Assembly (NCBI GenBank): GCA_027343665.1
Contig: DAHWKL010000002.1
Coordinates: forward strand, 109,386-173,385
Direction: 5' to 3'
DNA from: an archaeon
Lineage (GTDB): Archaea > Nanobdellota > Nanobdellia > Pacearchaeales > GW2011-AR1
Length of the DNA: 64,000 nucleotides
The position numbers were made by a program, and so were the translations under genes. Positions 61,019 through 64,000 of this stretch are shown here, piece after piece (position 1 is the first letter of the stretch; every line of letters starts with the position of its first letter). Under the pieces are notes generated by a model. The model saw nothing but the letters and a program-made list of their open reading frames with translations. It had not been told where the DNA came from and searched no databases.

Positions 61019-61071
61019 CTTTGCACGGAAATTTAAGTCTGCACGATAATTAATCTGTTTTGCACGAAAAT
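61019..61071 (+). repeat. three direct copies of T(T/C)TGCACG(G/A)(A/T)AAT upstream of the GmrSD-like gene
   Basis: TGCACG cores lie at 61022-61027, 61040-61045 and 61061-61066 (spacing 18 and 21 bp). They end about 10 bp before the TATA-like TTAAAAAT at 61080-61087. Confidence 0.6.
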
Positions 61072-61107
61072 AGAAATAGTTAAAAATTGGGCATTCCACT
61101 TGTTTAA

Positions 61108-63282
61108 ATGGCAGATATTTTCAAGCCCGACAGTTTGTCCATAAAACAGGTATTTGATGCTGACAATTATTATCAAGTTCCTTCTTACCAAAGACCATAT
61201 AGTTGGGATAATGAACAAATTGATGAACTTTGGGATGACCTTTTTAGTGCTTTTGAAGAAGGAAAGGAGGAATACTTTTTAGGTTCAATTATTGTATCTA
61301 AGGGAGAAAAAGAAAAATATCTTGATGTTATTGATGGTCAACAGAGACTAACAACCCTAATGATTCTTTTTTGTGTCTTAAGAGACTTGTATTATAAAGA
61401 CCATAAAGAAAAAAATAGTATCCTTGGAAGAATAAGAAGCCTTGAGGATTCTGAGAATAGATTAAAATTAAGAACACAAATTCATAACCAGAATCATTTT
61501 GAACAAGATATTTTGAATGGAATAGATTTCACTAAGAAAAGAAAAATCTCCGAAATAAAAGCAGACAAATTCATAAATGCTGCACTTCGTTTTAAGGAAA
61601 AAGTAGATTCTATAACAGGAGATAAAGAAAAGATTGAAGGATTTAAGGAGTATATATTAGAAAAAGTTAAAGTAATTTTAGTAAAATGTTCAGACCCAAC
61701 TTTTGCTATGAAACTTTTTGAAGTCCTTAATACAAGAGGTCTTGATTTAACAGCTGCAGACATAATAAAAAGTAATTTAATGGGCAGACTTAAACAAGAA
61801 GATTGGGAGACTTTTGAACAAGAATGGATTTCAATGGAGGAGAAAGCCAAACAATCAGAGGAAAGCATCAGTAACTTGCTTACATATTATGAATATTACA
61901 TTCTTGCAAAAAATCCAAAAAAAACTCTACAAGAAGAATTAATAAAGGAATTTGGAAAAGGAAATTCATTAAAAATAATTAGTGAAATTAAGAAATTTTT
62001 TGATTTCTATCTTTCTATTTTTGACAAAAAGTCTAAGATTTTCTATTCTTTAAGATACTTAAAACATGATGTTTATTGGAAATCAATCGTTCTTTCAGCA
62101 AAGATGGAAGGGTGGGACGATGATGATGTAGAAGATTTGGGGGAAGCATTGAGAAAGTTTTATTATTTATATTGGATGGCAGATTACACAACATCCAAAA
62201 CCAAACAAACATCATTCAACATCATCTCTTGGATAAAGTCTGGAAAAGAATTGGACTTTATAGAAAAAGAAATTGAAAAGAAAATTTTGGAAGATAAAAT
62301 TGTAACAAGACTTTATGAAGGATTGAATGGAAATACATATGATTCTGCTTGGTGTAAACCACTACTTATTCTAATTGAATATGAACAAATTGACACTCCA
62401 AGACAAGATTTTATGGAGATTGACAGGAACATTCAAGTTGAGCATATTTTACCGAGAGAATACAAAAAAGACAAGTATTGGTTAGAAAATCAAAGATTTA
62501 CAGAGGAATCAGCGGACTTATTTGTTAATACTATTGGAAATCTGACACTTCTTTCGGGAAAAAAGAATATTGCTGCAAGTTGTCATTCATTTCCTTCCAA
62601 ATTGAAAAATAATTATAAAGGAAATGGTGAAGATGGCACTACTGGTTTTTTAGTTACTCAGAAAATTATTCATGACGCTGTAGAAGAAAAATCTTTAGAG
62701 TGGAATGAAGAAAAAATTAAGAAAAGGAAACAATGGATATTGGAACAGATTGAAGATATATTTGACATAGAGTTTGAAAATGCTGATGGTAACGAAAAAG
62801 AATTTTTAAAATATGGAAAAATCCTTGAAGGAAAATCAGAATGGAAAGATAAAGGAGTTCTTTTGTGGAGAAAAAATAAATTGGCTGCTTCTGATGTGGA
62901 AAGAAGCCCTGCAGGAAATGTCACGGGAAGATTAAAATTAGTTAAATCAAATTTCAAAGTTGGAGATAAACTCATTGACCAAACTTCTTATTTTAGGGAA
63001 AAAGTTTTTGGAAACCTTGAATGGGCTCCCAAAGAGCACACTGAAAAAGAAATCGCAGAAGCAATTTTTGTTATCAAGGTTATGGGAGAAGACTTAGGAG
63101 TCCATAGATTAACCATCGGTCACAATCCATACGGAGAAGCAGGTCAAAATAACTATACTACTCACATTTCATGGGGGGGTTTGTCTGATAAAATAAAAAA
63201 GTTGAACCTTGAAGGAAAAATGTTCTCAATTTATGCTCCTCCAGAAGGTCAAAGGGAACCCTTTTATATTGAAATTAAATAA
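61108..63282 (+). CDS. GmrSD-like (DUF262 and DUF1524) type IV restriction enzyme homologue with extra C-terminal domain
   Basis: 724 aa. DUF262/ParB-like N-terminus (YQVPSYQRPYSW, IDGQQRLTT) and a DUF1524 His-Me finger region (VEHILPRE..NTIGNLTLL..KN). About 200 additional C-terminal residues have a beta-rich, B3/EcoRII-N-like look. Confidence 0.8.
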   Translation: MADIFKPDSLSIKQVFDADNYYQVPSYQRPYSWDNEQIDELWDDLFSAFEEGKEEYFLGSIIVSKGEKEKYLDVIDGQQRLTTLMILFCVLRDLYYKDHKEKNSILGRIRSLEDSENRLKLRTQIHNQNHFEQDILNGIDFTKKRKISEIKADKFINAALRFKEKVDSITGDKEKIEGFKEYILEKVKVILVKCSDPTFAMKLFEVLNTRGLDLTAADIIKSNLMGRLKQEDWETFEQEWISMEEKAKQSEESISNLLTYYEYYILAKNPKKTLQEELIKEFGKGNSLKIISEIKKFFDFYLSIFDKKSKIFYSLRYLKHDVYWKSIVLSAKMEGWDDDDVEDLGEALRKFYYLYWMADYTTSKTKQTSFNIISWIKSGKELDFIEKEIEKKILEDKIVTRLYEGLNGNTYDSAWCKPLLILIEYEQIDTPRQDFMEIDRNIQVEHILPREYKKDKYWLENQRFTEESADLFVNTIGNLTLLSGKKNIAASCHSFPSKLKNNYKGNGEDGTTGFLVTQKIIHDAVEEKSLEWNEEKIKKRKQWILEQIEDIFDIEFENADGNEKEFLKYGKILEGKSEWKDKGVLLWRKNKLAASDVERSPAGNVTGRLKLVKSNFKVGDKLIDQTSYFREKVFGNLEWAPKEHTEKEIAEAIFVIKVMGEDLGVHRLTIGHNPYGEAGQNNYTTHISWGGLSDKIKKLNLEGKMFSIYAPPEGQREPFYIEIK

Positions 63283-64000
63283 CCCTATTTCTATTCAATC
63301 TTCTTCTCTGCAATTTTTTCCAGATTGAATTTGCCATCCGAATGTCTTCCTCAGAAAATCCATAATTCTTTTTTAAGATTATATTGTCTGTAAAATTTAG
63401 TATAGAGTCTATATCTTTATTATCTCTGAACATCTCATCAATTTTTTCTGAAAGCTCTTCGTTATTTTTATGATAGGGTATCAAAATATTTTCTGCCTCA
63501 CTTGGCATTAATTCCAAAACTCCCCCTCCATGACTCCTTCCGAAAAGTTCTGCCAATGCAAAAGAGAGGGAATTATAATAACTTCCGATTAATGCATCAA
63601 TTTTTATGGGCTCCTTATTTTTATTTAATGAAACTCTATGCATAGTGTCTGTGGTATAAACTTTGGCTTTATTATTAATTAATCTAGGGAACAAATTGTT
63701 TCTTCGTATAAATAATGCATCAGAAATCCAAGCAGAAGGAACTATTTGCCACTCATCTCTTATACGGCATTTATACCATTTATTTATTCCTTTTTCTTCT
63801 CCAATCTTTATATAATTCATCGCTTTCTTATTTGACTTCAATTTGTTAAGTGAAGGAAATTGAATGAAAAATGCTCTTGCACCTTCAATGGCATTTTTTT
63901 TCCAGTCGCTTTTTGTGAAAACATTACCTTGAGATTGTACGCTTCTTCCGACAAGAGGGAAAGCATACTCTGATAAATTATACTCCTCAACAATCTGTTT
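63275..64000 (-). CDS. DNA methyltransferase / type IIG R-M C-terminal target-recognition region (5' end beyond window)
   Basis: By hand translation the frame of the track ORF 63275..63841 (TTG start) stays open to nt 64000 (..KQIVEEYNLSEYAFPLVGRS..). ..YKCRIRDEWQIVP.. and ..GRSHGGGVLELMPSEAENILIP.. resemble TaqI-like C-terminal specificity domains of gamma-class N6-adenine methyltransferases. Confidence 0.45.
   Translation of the reverse strand, partial: KQIVEEYNLSEYAFPLVGRSVQSQGNVFTKSDWKKNAIEGARAFFIQFPSLNKLKSNKKAMNYIKIGEEKGINKWYKCRIRDEWQIVPSAWISDALFIRRNNLFPRLINNKAKVYTTDTMHRVSLNKNKEPIKIDALIGSYYNSLSFALAELFGRSHGGGVLELMPSEAENILIPYHKNNEELSEKIDEMFRDNKDIDSILNFTDNIILKKNYGFSEEDIRMANSIWKKLQRRRLNRNRVI

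Noticed and set aside
1-64000. CRISPR arrays, rRNA genes, transposases/IS elements, inteins in polB/mcm/rfc/rtcB, and tRNA introns.
   Set aside because: I saw no regularly spaced direct repeats. No spacer is longer than about 390 bp. The replication proteins have normal lengths with contiguous motifs, and the single tRNA folds without an intron.

Overview
Gene-dense, AT-rich fragment of a small archaeal genome. The archaeal assignment is direct: TBP, MCM, family-B DNA polymerase, FEN1, RFC large and small subunits, ATP-dependent DNA ligase, aIF1A, aIF2-beta, RtcB, archease and FtsZ are all present. A DPANN-like lifestyle is inference only, based on ADP-forming acetyl-CoA synthetase, a pilus locus, large surface proteins and many orphan membrane proteins. 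I support about 80 CDS, including two that run off the window edges and two short ORFs missing from the track (a 38-aa hyper-basic eL41-like gene and a 33-aa cassette ORF). There is one tRNA-Asn(GUU), one clear intrinsic-terminator hairpin and many TATA boxes. I saw no rRNA, CRISPR array, transposase or integrase. The main observations: (1) A TATA octamer sits almost invariably 24.5-26.5 nt upstream of start codons, implying mostly leaderless mRNAs. I used this to re-assign several starts and to find the hidden eL41-like gene. (2) Four translationally coupled orphan genes (58950-60290) carry an SGxW paralogue family around a Gly-zipper membrane protein, next to an HTH_10 regulator and a defence corner. 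That corner holds a GmrSD-like enzyme with an extra C-terminal domain and a partial DNA methyltransferase. (3) A surface-protein island (20075-26137) contains a 964-aa protein with about 74 Cys and almost no charged residues. It also contains a dockerin protein ending in a bacterial T9SS/FlgD-Ig-type C-terminal domain. (4) A propeptide-less proteasome-beta homologue lies between rtcB and archease. (5) The PolB has non-canonical nucleotide-pocket motifs. (6) There is an Epd/Tad-like type IV pilus locus with a split platform protein. All functional calls come from motif recognition by eye; no database search was run.
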